Positions 7,344 through 16,268 of a DNA stretch of 59,332 nucleotides are shown here, piece after piece; position 1 is the stretch's first letter, and the number at the start of each line of letters is the position of its first letter. The translations under genes were made by a program, and so were the position numbers. The stretch lies in contig CAYRBH010000006.1 of NCBI GenBank assembly GCA_964422585.1, positions 1-59,332 on the forward strand. The letters run 5' to 3'. The stretch is from an uncultured Gammaproteobacteria bacterium. GTDB lineage: Bacteria > Patescibacteriota > Patescibacteriia > UBA1558 > 2-01-FULL-52-15. The notes beneath the pieces were generated by a model. The model searched no databases. It was not told the DNA's origin and saw nothing but the letters and a program-made list of their open reading frames with translations.

Positions 7344-7363
7344 ACCTAACACCGCGTATGCGG
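7344..7363 (+). repeat. Left half only of attC-like site 10 (array end)
   Basis: ACCTAACACCGCGTATGCGG, then 7 bp and the stop of a convergent host gene; no matching right half seen. Confidence 0.75.
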
Positions 7364-7370
7364 CGCTGAT

Positions 7371-8159
7371 CTACTTATACATAACCAGTCCAACCGCTCC
7401 TCCATCAGCAGCAGACCCTGTCCAATCATGTATCGCACTCATTAAGGTAGCAGATGAGTACACATAATCAGCGCCGTGCTTTGTACCCGGGTCATTGGTA
7501 ATGAATGTACCGTCCGCCCTATAGCCTTTGATAACCAGCATGTGATAGATAGGTCCTGGAGCCGTGAAATACGGATTGCCTAATGCACGACCAGCTGTTG
7601 GTACTATCACTGGCAAACCCTTTCGTAATTCTTGTTTGATAGCATCAATGGTCAACGGATCAATAATCTGCACTCTGTAGGGATACTGAGCGGCAGCAAG
7701 ATCCTTAACTTTCGCGATCGGCAGATCATTGTGTCCGCCCCAATTCTTAATCTGCCAAGCGACCTGCGCGTCGATAGCATCTTTCATCTGCTGCGCTGAG
7801 AGTGTCGCGCCACGCAAATAATAATCGACCATGATAATGGAGGCCTCTTCACAGGCATTCTCATACGGTTCGCTCCAATCGCCGAATGGCGCCTGTGCAC
7901 GGAACGGCACCGCTAAATTAATGGCGTTCGGTGCTGGTTTCTCAACCGGCGGCTTCTGCTCTGGAGTTACTGTAGCCTGAGAATTCTTGGCCGAAGGAGG
8001 GGGTACCGGAGGATTCGGCTTTGCTGGTTCTACAACGGGTACGGTTGAGGTCGCGAATGTAGCGAAAGGCTCAGGCGACGGAATAACCGCCTGGGGCATC
8101 GTAGTACAGCCGGCAAGCAGGGCAAACACCGCTACCAGTAAACTATATCGTTTCTTCAT
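7371..8159 (-). CDS. C39-like peptidase lipoprotein
   Basis: LLAGC lipobox; VPFRAQAP..NACEEAS, HMLVIKGY and TNDPG motifs. Confidence 0.8.
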   Translation of the reverse strand: MKKRYSLLVAVFALLAGCTTMPQAVIPSPEPFATFATSTVPVVEPAKPNPPVPPPSAKNSQATVTPEQKPPVEKPAPNAINLAVPFRAQAPFGDWSEPYENACEEASIIMVDYYLRGATLSAQQMKDAIDAQVAWQIKNWGGHNDLPIAKVKDLAAAQYPYRVQIIDPLTIDAIKQELRKGLPVIVPTAGRALGNPYFTAPGPIYHMLVIKGYRADGTFITNDPGTKHGADYVYSSATLMSAIHDWTGSAADGGAVGLVMYK

Positions 8160-8212
8160 GCGACCATGATAGCAATATTCGGCATTCTCGCAAAGCATAG
8201 CGCCTGCGAGGC

Positions 8213-10846
8213 TTATGGCTGGACAACGAGCGTACGAAGCAGCGCAGTGAAGGCCTGCTTTGCCTGGCTTAAGACTTTGGCATCCTTGGTGATCGTCAGT
8301 AATTCGACCTCTACATGCTTAGCGCCAGCCGGAATGAGGTAGTCGACGCTCTGAGCGATAGTCTCATTCGTATCGCTATTCTTCAATGACGATTCGATAA
8401 GGACGACCTTCCTAAGTTTGCTATTGAGTGCCACATTGGCGCTCTTCTTTGAGATATCAAACTGAAAGCCGAGCGTGTCAAATGGTGTACCCAGGGACTG
8501 TATATTCTTAACATAGTAATCAAGCAAGCCCTGATTACCTTTCGCCGCGACCGATCGATCTGTCTCATGAATCCTGACCGAAATGCGGGCATCGGGGAAT
8601 TTCTTTGAATCTATAAATGCCGGGTTCGAGGCATCGACGAGTTTGGAGACAGCCCAATCCTTCGATGTCGAAAGTGACATCTTCGGATCAGTTTGAGAAA
8701 AGGTGGTCACTTGCGGCAAGGGGTTCGAAGAGTTCGCAGTCGCGGTGAATGACTGGATCATCGAATTTATAGTATCGATATCTTGGTCACCGTCACCGTA
8801 TTGCGCGGTTATATTAACGATATTGTTCCCAAAAACGAACACATACTTGTCGACCGTGAGCGACTGAGTTCCGTAGCTTCCTGAAAGCGTTATCTTCTTG
8901 CCGCGTATGCCATTGACCACGATATCCTTGGAAGCATCTATCGTCGCGAAGAACAAGCCGCCGGTGGTCAGGAGGTCACGCTTTACCTCAGGGATAATAT
9001 TAGCAGGACTGTACGGGAACGGTGTCCGATAGTAGACGATATTGACCATACCGCCGCTATCGGATGCTCCATTCTTAATCGTGATGATATGCTCACCATC
9101 GAATGTCGCGTCCCAGCCAGCCGGCTTATCGATGGTAAAGGGTAGCACTGGCGACCCGATGCTTGACGCTGTTTCAACATCACGCATTGTCTGAGCGAGC
9201 TGCGACATACGACTACTGATGGCTTCTTGGCGCGGGTCAGTGTTAATATACTGTTGCACCCATGGTGCTATTGAGCTGGACTGTATCACATAGCCAAGGC
9301 TGCCCAGGAAATCGCTCCTGCCGGCGGTCGTCAGGCCTATCAAGGAACCATTCTTATCCAAGGCCGCCCCACCAGAGCTTCCGAATGATATGACCGCGTC
9401 GGTCTTTATCCAATTGACATCATACTTTTTCAATTTGCCGCTCACTGTTCCTTTTGTCGCTGTAATACTACCTTCACCGATAGAGGGGTAGCCGACCGCA
9501 TAAAGATCGTCGCCGATCACCGTCGTATCATTGGTCATCAAAGGGATGGTATCGAAAGAGGTGGGCAGGCTCAGACCATCAATAGGCTCTATGCGGAGCA
9601 AGGCAAGGTCAAGCGTAGCCTCATACCGAATCAGGTCGGCACGATAGTTACATTTCGGCTCCTGGTCAATGTTCGTCGGTATACAGATGAGATACGTTGC
9701 CGGCTTGAATTTCCCGAACGAATCAGTCGCGTGCACGACATGCGCGTTCGTCAGCACGATCCCCCGTTGATCAATGATAACACCAGAACCAGAATCCAGG
9801 AGCGTTAAAAATCCATAGGGATTGATGACATACGTTTTGATCTCGACGATACTCTTGTAACGCTGACTCACGACTGGCGAATTCGGATCAATAGACTGCG
9901 CGACTGGTGTGCTCGTCGGGGTTGGCTGAGTCTGCGGTTGTGGGATAAGAGGCGGTTCTGTGGCGGGGCTTGCCGGGGCAGTATCTTTGGCAATATTGCT
10001 GACAGGTGTTGCCGAAGGCGCGTCCAAACAGACGCCATCGACACATCCATTCGTCTCACAATTCCTTAGGAGGTCGCTCTCATTCCCATACGGTGTGCAC
10101 CCATACTCCCGAATAGTACAATCCGTACCGATACACGACTTCATCGGCGTAACCTGGCCGGTCGTACTACTATCCAGCTCACAGGTATCCTCCTTCGTGG
10201 TGACAAGACTGTCGTTCTGATAGAGCTGTATGGTCGATTTCTTGGTCCAATCAAGCCCACCGTCATTGTCCACACATCTCAGCTGTGCATCGCTGATGCA
10301 GGCTCCATTACTGCATCCCCGCTGGCAGACAATCTCGCTTTCCTGCCCAAATGGACAAGAATACTCAAGCAATGTCTGGCCATCAGGCTCGCAATAATCA
10401 GTTAATGTTTGGTTATAGCCAGAGTAGGTCATCGAACCTTGCACCATCTCATTAGTGCCACCATCCGTGTCTGTGCATGATGAAGCAGCTATCGAGACCG
10501 GCATCCCGACTGGCGCAATCATAGTATCGCCCGCCTGCTGCGCCGCGCTCGCGAAATAACCCGCGACGGTCATGTCCTCTGGCGCCAATGATACATAGCC
10601 CTTCACACTTGGTTTCTTGATCGCAGGGCCAAGTACACGGCGTATCGACTTTGATGATCCATTAAAAAAAGAGCTAAAGGATCCTACTCTACCCTGTTCA
10701 CTTGATTGCATGATCACCACGAAGAAAGCGAGGATCAACGAAACAGGCAGGCCCACCGACATTAATCGAGCGAATGGTGATTTTTTCATAGATAGCATCC
10801 CAGGGAACGTTTTTAAAAACTCAAAAGACATTACTAAGTGTACCAT
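8213..10846 (-). CDS. Membrane-anchored trypsin-like (S1) serine protease with Cys-rich repeats
   Basis: TNAHV / DLALL / GSSGG catalytic triad motifs; start uncertain (about 10790-10846). Confidence 0.8.
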   Translation of the reverse strand: MVHLVMSFEFLKTFPGMLSMKKSPFARLMSVGLPVSLILAFFVVIMQSSEQGRVGSFSSFFNGSSKSIRRVLGPAIKKPSVKGYVSLAPEDMTVAGYFASAAQQAGDTMIAPVGMPVSIAASSCTDTDGGTNEMVQGSMTYSGYNQTLTDYCEPDGQTLLEYSCPFGQESEIVCQRGCSNGACISDAQLRCVDNDGGLDWTKKSTIQLYQNDSLVTTKEDTCELDSSTTGQVTPMKSCIGTDCTIREYGCTPYGNESDLLRNCETNGCVDGVCLDAPSATPVSNIAKDTAPASPATEPPLIPQPQTQPTPTSTPVAQSIDPNSPVVSQRYKSIVEIKTYVINPYGFLTLLDSGSGVIIDQRGIVLTNAHVVHATDSFGKFKPATYLICIPTNIDQEPKCNYRADLIRYEATLDLALLRIEPIDGLSLPTSFDTIPLMTNDTTVIGDDLYAVGYPSIGEGSITATKGTVSGKLKKYDVNWIKTDAVISFGSSGGAALDKNGSLIGLTTAGRSDFLGSLGYVIQSSSIAPWVQQYINTDPRQEAISSRMSQLAQTMRDVETASSIGSPVLPFTIDKPAGWDATFDGEHIITIKNGASDSGGMVNIVYYRTPFPYSPANIIPEVKRDLLTTGGLFFATIDASKDIVVNGIRGKKITLSGSYGTQSLTVDKYVFVFGNNIVNITAQYGDGDQDIDTINSMIQSFTATANSSNPLPQVTTFSQTDPKMSLSTSKDWAVSKLVDASNPAFIDSKKFPDARISVRIHETDRSVAAKGNQGLLDYYVKNIQSLGTPFDTLGFQFDISKKSANVALNSKLRKVVLIESSLKNSDTNETIAQSVDYLIPAGAKHVEVELLTITKDAKVLSQAKQAFTALLRTLVVQP

Positions 10847-10899
10847 GACTTAGATAAGAAGTTAAACCAGCATTGATAACCTACCCGAGCACAGCATGC

Positions 10900-12414
10900 T
10901 CAGTCTGCAGTTCGATACTGCAAGGCTTCCAGCACATCATCTTCGAGTATCCGCTCTCGACTCGCAAGGTCAGCGATGGTCCTGGCTATCTTAATAGTTT
11001 TATAGAATGACCTCGCGGAGAGCTGAAGCTTCTTCGAGGCCTGTACCAGTATCTTTTCCGTCGCGCTATCAAGAGCGGATGTTCTCTTCAACATCCTATG
11101 ATCCATATCCCCATTGAGCTTCAGGGCCGAACCGAAGCGCGCTCGCTGACGCTCGCGCGCCTGTACTACGCGTTGCAAGATAACTTCCGATCTCTCAGCG
11201 CTTTCATCTCCCAGAAGTTTCTGCCTGTCGACAGGGAAAACTCGCACGCGGAGATCGATACGGTCCAACAAAGGGCCCGATACCTTGCGCTGATAACTCT
11301 TTCGCTGGAATTCACTACAGACACAGCGCTTCTCGGTGTCGCCCCAAGCGCCGCAAGGGCATGGATTTTGCGCCGCAATCAAGGTAACATGAGCCGGAAA
11401 TTGAACACTGCCAGACACCCTGCTTACTGAGACGACTTTATCTTCCAGAGGCTGGCGCAATGCTTCAAGCACGCTTCGCGGGAACTCAGGGAACTCATCC
11501 ATAAAAAGCACTCCCCTATGCGCCAAGGTGATCTCGCCTGGTTTCGGCCAGGTGCCGCCACCGACGATAGAAGCGACCGATGCTGAATGGTGCGGCGATC
11601 TGAATGGTCGCTCATAGATCAAAGGTTCGCCGCCCCTGAGCAGACCTGCGTAACTGTAGATCTTCGACACCTCAAGTATCTCATCTTCCACCAATGGCGG
11701 CAGAATGGACATGAAGCTTTGGGCAAGCATCGTTTTGCCGCTGCCGGGAATACCGTTCAGCAGCACATTATGCCCACCCGCTGCGGCGATCTCCAAGGCA
11801 CGCTTGGCAGTAGCCTGACCTTTGATATCAGCGAAATCATAAGAACTACTACGCATTTTACCTGACGGCAAAGTACTCGCCGTAACCGGTGTGATAGGTT
11901 CAAATCCATTCAGGTGATTGATAAGATGACGCACAGTGCTGACCGGAAAGATGCTCATACCAGATACATACGAAGCTTCTTTACTATTCGCTGCAGGCAC
12001 ATACACGCGCGTAATACCTTGCTCTTTCAAGTAAGACATAGCCAGTAACACGCCTTTGACCGGACGCACATTGCCGCCGAGTGACAACTCTCCTAAGAAT
12101 ACGGCGCCCAGATCCTCTTCCGGCATATCAATACTATCCTGAGCAAGCAAAATGCTCACCGCTATCGCCAGATCATAGAGTGTTCCTTCCTTACGCACAT
12201 GGGCCGGAGCTAGATTCACGGTGACCTTGCTCCTTGGAAAAGGCAAATTGCTGTTCTCGAGAGCTGACCTAACGCGCTCCTTCGCTTCCTGGATCGCGGT
12301 ATCAGGTAGGCCGACGAGTAAAAATGCCGGCATATGACGTGACACATCCGCTTCGACCTCAATGATCTGACAGCGCAAACCATTCTGAGCTATAGAAAAC
12401 ACTTTTGATGCCAT
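10900..12414 (-). CDS. comM: YifB/ComM Mg-chelatase-like AAA+ ATPase
   Basis: TVNLAPA, GHNVLL.G.PGSGKT, FRSPHHS, GEITLAHRGVLFMDE, SGPLLDRID. Confidence 0.95.
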   Translation of the reverse strand: MASKVFSIAQNGLRCQIIEVEADVSRHMPAFLLVGLPDTAIQEAKERVRSALENSNLPFPRSKVTVNLAPAHVRKEGTLYDLAIAVSILLAQDSIDMPEEDLGAVFLGELSLGGNVRPVKGVLLAMSYLKEQGITRVYVPAANSKEASYVSGMSIFPVSTVRHLINHLNGFEPITPVTASTLPSGKMRSSSYDFADIKGQATAKRALEIAAAGGHNVLLNGIPGSGKTMLAQSFMSILPPLVEDEILEVSKIYSYAGLLRGGEPLIYERPFRSPHHSASVASIVGGGTWPKPGEITLAHRGVLFMDEFPEFPRSVLEALRQPLEDKVVSVSRVSGSVQFPAHVTLIAAQNPCPCGAWGDTEKRCVCSEFQRKSYQRKVSGPLLDRIDLRVRVFPVDRQKLLGDESAERSEVILQRVVQARERQRARFGSALKLNGDMDHRMLKRTSALDSATEKILVQASKKLQLSARSFYKTIKIARTIADLASRERILEDDVLEALQYRTAD

Positions 12415-12532
12415 AGTATTGTCATAAAAATAAAATCGCTGTGAAAAGCGATTAGTAAAAACAATATGAAACCAAATGTGTGAGCCTCTTTTTCAAGGAG
12501 GCAATCGCTTTTCTATGACCATAGTACGGCTA

Positions 12533-13045
12533 TCAAGAATACTTGTCAACAATATACAAAGCTCCAACAGAGAATGCATATGCCCACAGGAGCACTGGCG
12601 CCAGATGCGGCTCGACCGTATAGTCACCAGTCAGCACTTTCAAGGTAAGGTAGAGCACCGCGACAAAGAGTATAGGTTGCGTGACCAAGCGATGCCAGTC
12701 AATCGTTTCTCGACGCTTACGTACTACGTTCGAAGCATTCGTCAATGCAGCCCTATAGATAAGGAGTACCTCTACTACTACGAATATGAGAACCAGCCAC
12801 CAATTTCGATAACAAATATCATAGAGTGTCGTGGTCAAATAGTTCTGCAGACCTGGCCATACCCATAATGCATGCACGAATATGACTACGGCAAGCGCGA
12901 GCACATAAAAATAAACCATTGAGTATACAATGGCGCTCAACCAGAAGATGCATCTGCGCACCAAGGTCTTGGGATATCTCTGCACACCAAACAAAGGAAT
13001 ACGCGACCAGAATGGAGCCTCTACTGTTGCTATGCGGCTGATCAT
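12533..13045 (-). CDS. Hypothetical multi-pass membrane protein
   Basis: 170 aa, about 4 TM segments. Confidence 0.65.
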   Translation of the reverse strand: MISRIATVEAPFWSRIPLFGVQRYPKTLVRRCIFWLSAIVYSMVYFYVLALAVVIFVHALWVWPGLQNYLTTTLYDICYRNWWLVLIFVVVEVLLIYRAALTNASNVVRKRRETIDWHRLVTQPILFVAVLYLTLKVLTGDYTVEPHLAPVLLWAYAFSVGALYIVDKYS

Positions 13046-13265
13046 ACCTGCTCTCAGTATAGCATAGGCTGCGCTGCCTATCCTAGTGACAAGGGCTCAG
13101 TAAGTTTCTGTATTGTTTTGCGTCTTCTTATTCTGTAATCAACAGGAAACTCAATACACTCTCGGCTGATACCGGCGATGTCTGGAAATCGAGCAGCGGT
13201 TCTTAGAGAGATATCAGCCGTCATTACTTCATCAGTAGGCGTTCATTGCACCCGTTCTTTGTACC

Positions 13266-13299
13266 AAAAAACCTGTTCGGGAAACCGAACAGGTTTTTT
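13266..13299. terminator. Bidirectional intrinsic terminator
   Basis: AAAAAACCTGTTCGG-GAAA-CCGAACAGGTTTTTT. Confidence 0.8.
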
Positions 13300-13310
13300 G
13301 ACGCATGAGA

Positions 13311-13751
13311 TCACGCGCCGCGCGCGATACTTCGTCCGTGGAATAATTCTCGATAGAGCAGCATAATCACACCAATCGTGATGAACACATCACTCATATT
13401 GAAAGCCGGGAACCATTTTAGATCAACATAATCCAATACTCCCCCCAGTACGATGCGATCGAGCACATTACTCAGCGCGCCGATAGTGATCAACAACCAC
13501 CACAATGCGTTCACGTCATGCATCCGATACAGACGGCCAGCCATGATGAAAAATCCGATGACTATCAGCGTTAGCAACAGTGTGAGAAACTGTCCGGAGA
13601 ATCCTGGCAGCCGCAATGAGAACGCCACGTTCATATTCAAGACCGGATGCAAAAAACCTCCAGCTGAAGACTGGAGGGAAAACCACATGATGTTTTTTAA
13701 CAATCGATCTAGTACAAAAAGAAAAACCGCTGTCGCAATACTCCGACGCAT
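13311..13751 (-). CDS. lspA: Lipoprotein signal peptidase II
   Basis: LDRLLK, N.NVAFS, GALSNVLDR, VLDYV, FNMSD motifs. Confidence 0.9.
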   Translation of the reverse strand: MRRSIATAVFLFVLDRLLKNIMWFSLQSSAGGFLHPVLNMNVAFSLRLPGFSGQFLTLLLTLIVIGFFIMAGRLYRMHDVNALWWLLITIGALSNVLDRIVLGGVLDYVDLKWFPAFNMSDVFITIGVIMLLYRELFHGRSIARGA

Positions 13752-14120
13752 CTAGCTGATCTTTTTCTTACAATCCATATCTGCTGTCGCGGACGGAAAT
13801 GCCTGCAACCGTGCTGGATCAATCATCTTGCCGCATTTCTCGCAGATGCCATAGCTGCCGTCCTCAATTTTTTTCAAAGCTTTATTCACATTAAAGAGAG
13901 AAACCTCTAAATTTTTCTCCATACTCAAATTCTCTTCGAAAGCCGCGACCTCAGCGGCATTCTCATCTTCCTTATCGCCATAGTCAGGGAAAGTCGCATC
14001 ATACTCGGTCTCAGCGTGAATATTCTTCACGCCATCCATTTTCAGTTCGCGCATCAATTGCATTTTGCGCTCTTCCAAAAGCTTCCGCTGTGCTTCCAAA
14101 AATGCTTTATCAAGCTTCAT
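13752..14120 (-). CDS. TraR/DksA family zinc-finger protein
   Basis: Coiled coil with PDYGD..DE, AL.KIEDGSYGICEKCG..I..ARL; third zinc ligand is Asp (DMDC). Confidence 0.85.
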   Translation of the reverse strand: MKLDKAFLEAQRKLLEERKMQLMRELKMDGVKNIHAETEYDATFPDYGDKEDENAAEVAAFEENLSMEKNLEVSLFNVNKALKKIEDGSYGICEKCGKMIDPARLQAFPSATADMDCKKKIS

Positions 14121-14651
14121 AGCCTAGGGCTTTTAACAATTAGGGCCTTAAATATACGCTCATCATAGTACTACGTAGGGGGTTCTTTGTCTAGAGCTTA
14201 GGGAGCGGATCAAACATTTTGCCAAATTGAAGAGGAGCCTAGTGCTACTCGCGAAATGTAATATATTTTTCGAGGCTCAGGGCTCCCCGTACCGTTATAA
14301 ACTAGTTACACCAACCGACGTGTTGAAGAGATGTAGGAAAAGAAACTGTTTCTTTGCCGGCATCTCCTCAACAGGATCATGTCAGTTAATAACATTTTAT
14401 TTTAAAACGGCACTTTTTTTCGCTATCTTTCCTAACTCTGATAGCTATTACCTCCTCTTTTCCACCACTCTTAGCCGTTTATCTCCGTTTTTATGCGAGG
14501 ATAAGCGATTTTGTGATTTTATTTTTATTTTACCTTGGTGGGATAGCTAGGTTATCCCTTTCGGGCAGTGAAAAAGAAAAAAATTACTCCAAAAAGTGTC
14601 TTTAGGGTAACTTTTCTAAGATCGATCAAGGTTGTGAAACCTTACTTATCT

Positions 14652-14680
14652 AGTATATCACAAAAATGGAGCCTGGTCAA
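14652..14680 (-). promoter_or_regulatory. sigma70 promoter heading a long ORF-poor structured region
   Basis: TTGACC-17 bp-TATACT on the minus strand. Confidence 0.65.
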
Positions 14681-14791
14681 TACATTTATTTAGCCAATAT
14701 TAGCTAAAAATAGACCATGCTCCTGCATAATGATTAAGACTAAGAAACAACAAATATTCACACTACACACAAGTTGTCCACATTCACAAAA

Positions 14792-16243
14792 TCACTGTGC
14801 ACAGAGCATATGCATGTGCTTATTTCCGTTCATTTTTAACGAAATATAGGCTAGATCAGCTTTCTGTGTGCTTGAGCCAGTCTCAGGGACCCCATTTACT
14901 GCCCATAACTCATCAATCGTCGAGAGATCAATAGGCCCTGCTTGATTGCATGTCTGTATCAAGGTAGTTTCTGGAAAAGCAACCGCAGTTCCTAATCCGA
15001 ATTGCATGCTGAGCATATCTTTACTCGTCGACAGATACCACTTTCCATCTTTCTCAGCCGTAAATAAAGCATACGCATCATTGAGATTTGCGGTACTTGT
15101 CGCAGATATCGGCATATCCGACCATACTGACACCTTGAAAGTACCCAGGTCTTCGATACGCGGGGTCGGGATGCCGCGAACCAATTCACGATAGGAAGTA
15201 CCATCAGGCAGCCTTGATACCGCTTTCTTCGGCGTATGGCTGCCAATAACTAGAGAAACGATATCCGCCACATTCGTGCTGTCGTCCCCTACCATCAGCC
15301 ATTGATCTCCGGAGATGACTATCCCTTGCAACTGTACGACACTGCGCTGCAGATCTTCCGGCTTGAAGGAGAACATACTTGCTTGTGAGTTAATAAAAGT
15401 CTGTAGTGCCGTCAATAATGGATGCGTGGCGGGAGTTGTGTCGGCAAATACCTGGCGCATGTCGCCGCTGAATGCCACATCAAACTTCGCCGGAATATAC
15501 AGCGGAGTGGAGGGAGTCGATGAGGCGGTCGTATCGTACCAATGCATCCGGATCAAGGGCTCTGAGATCGAAAAACCTGCTGTAACCTCATCCTGCGATG
15601 CTATAAATGCGCTCGTTCCAGGAACAGCCTGATTCGCGCCAAGCATATCCGCTATTTGCTGCCCAATATCCCGTTGCGTGTAGACTGCGATCGGATCTGC
15701 GGTGAGGAGTTGCGCTGCCGCAGATGATGGGCTTGTATAGTCCTGCGTATCCTGCACCGAAAGCAGTGCTCCTACATGATCAGTGATGCGTTCAAAATGC
15801 AGCGCATCGGTCGATGGTGGATACCAGGAGAGATCGTTGAATTGTTGACCCACGAGAGTCGTGGATATCTTGGTTGTGATAGCGTCGCTAGTGCTAAAGA
15901 GAACACTCTGCCAAAGAATACCCTTATCTTGCGTGACCGCGATCAAGAGGCTATTGATATGCAAGCCCGTTGCTGTCTCCAATTGTTGCCAGTATCCGCG
16001 AGATTGATCTTGCCAATTTTTCAACGGACTCGAGGCGGCGATTAGGTGATCCGCAGGTCCAAGCACCGAAGCGCGATCAACTCGCAGAGCGAATACCGTC
16101 GAAGCTGGCAGGTACTGAGCAAGGTTAGGCGCGGGTATATTGGTACGCGGGTACCAGAAGAATAGTCCCAGCCCGAGCGCGGCAAGGACAAAGAGAGCAA
16201 GAAGTCCCTTTCGTACATTTGATCGAGTTTGTGTTGGCTCCAT
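14792..16243 (-). CDS. Hypothetical protein with N-terminal TM anchor
   Basis: 483-aa ORF, operonic with pnp. Confidence 0.75.
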   Translation of the reverse strand: MEPTQTRSNVRKGLLALFVLAALGLGLFFWYPRTNIPAPNLAQYLPASTVFALRVDRASVLGPADHLIAASSPLKNWQDQSRGYWQQLETATGLHINSLLIAVTQDKGILWQSVLFSTSDAITTKISTTLVGQQFNDLSWYPPSTDALHFERITDHVGALLSVQDTQDYTSPSSAAAQLLTADPIAVYTQRDIGQQIADMLGANQAVPGTSAFIASQDEVTAGFSISEPLIRMHWYDTTASSTPSTPLYIPAKFDVAFSGDMRQVFADTTPATHPLLTALQTFINSQASMFSFKPEDLQRSVVQLQGIVISGDQWLMVGDDSTNVADIVSLVIGSHTPKKAVSRLPDGTSYRELVRGIPTPRIEDLGTFKVSVWSDMPISATSTANLNDAYALFTAEKDGKWYLSTSKDMLSMQFGLGTAVAFPETTLIQTCNQAGPIDLSTIDELWAVNGVPETGSSTQKADLAYISLKMNGNKHMHMLCAQ

Positions 16244-16268
16244 GGGGGTAGAGCTTCTGCGTTAATGC

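Larger units (their letters stand above)
3..7363 (+). mobile_element. Integron-like gene cassette array (CALIN-like within this window): 10 cassettes, crossovers at G|TT 3, 578, 975, 1628, 2226, 3081, 4253, 4928, 6320, 6805
   Basis: Regular alternation of single ORFs with palindromic sites that start (GCAC/GCCT/ACCT)AAC-ACC and end GTT(AG/GT)NN. Inner stems covary between sites. The stop codon of 3106..3645 lies within R''. The 5' end of each cassette is complementary to its own R''. Confidence 0.85.

Noticed and set aside
327-7363. CRISPR array interpretation of the recurring GTCGCATACGCGTATACGTTAGGTG / CACCTAACACCGCGTATGCG motifs
   Set aside because: Spacing is 130-1100 bp with whole genes in between, the repeats occur as inverted half-sites that covary, and there are no cas genes
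14455-14470. TCCACCA as a tmRNA 3' end
   Set aside because: No preceding T-arm (GTTCGA) and no matching 5' GGGG acceptor strand
14227-14550. 107-aa plus-strand ORF
   Set aside because: TTG start, low-complexity Phe/Leu composition, antisense to a promoter-driven structured region; no motif
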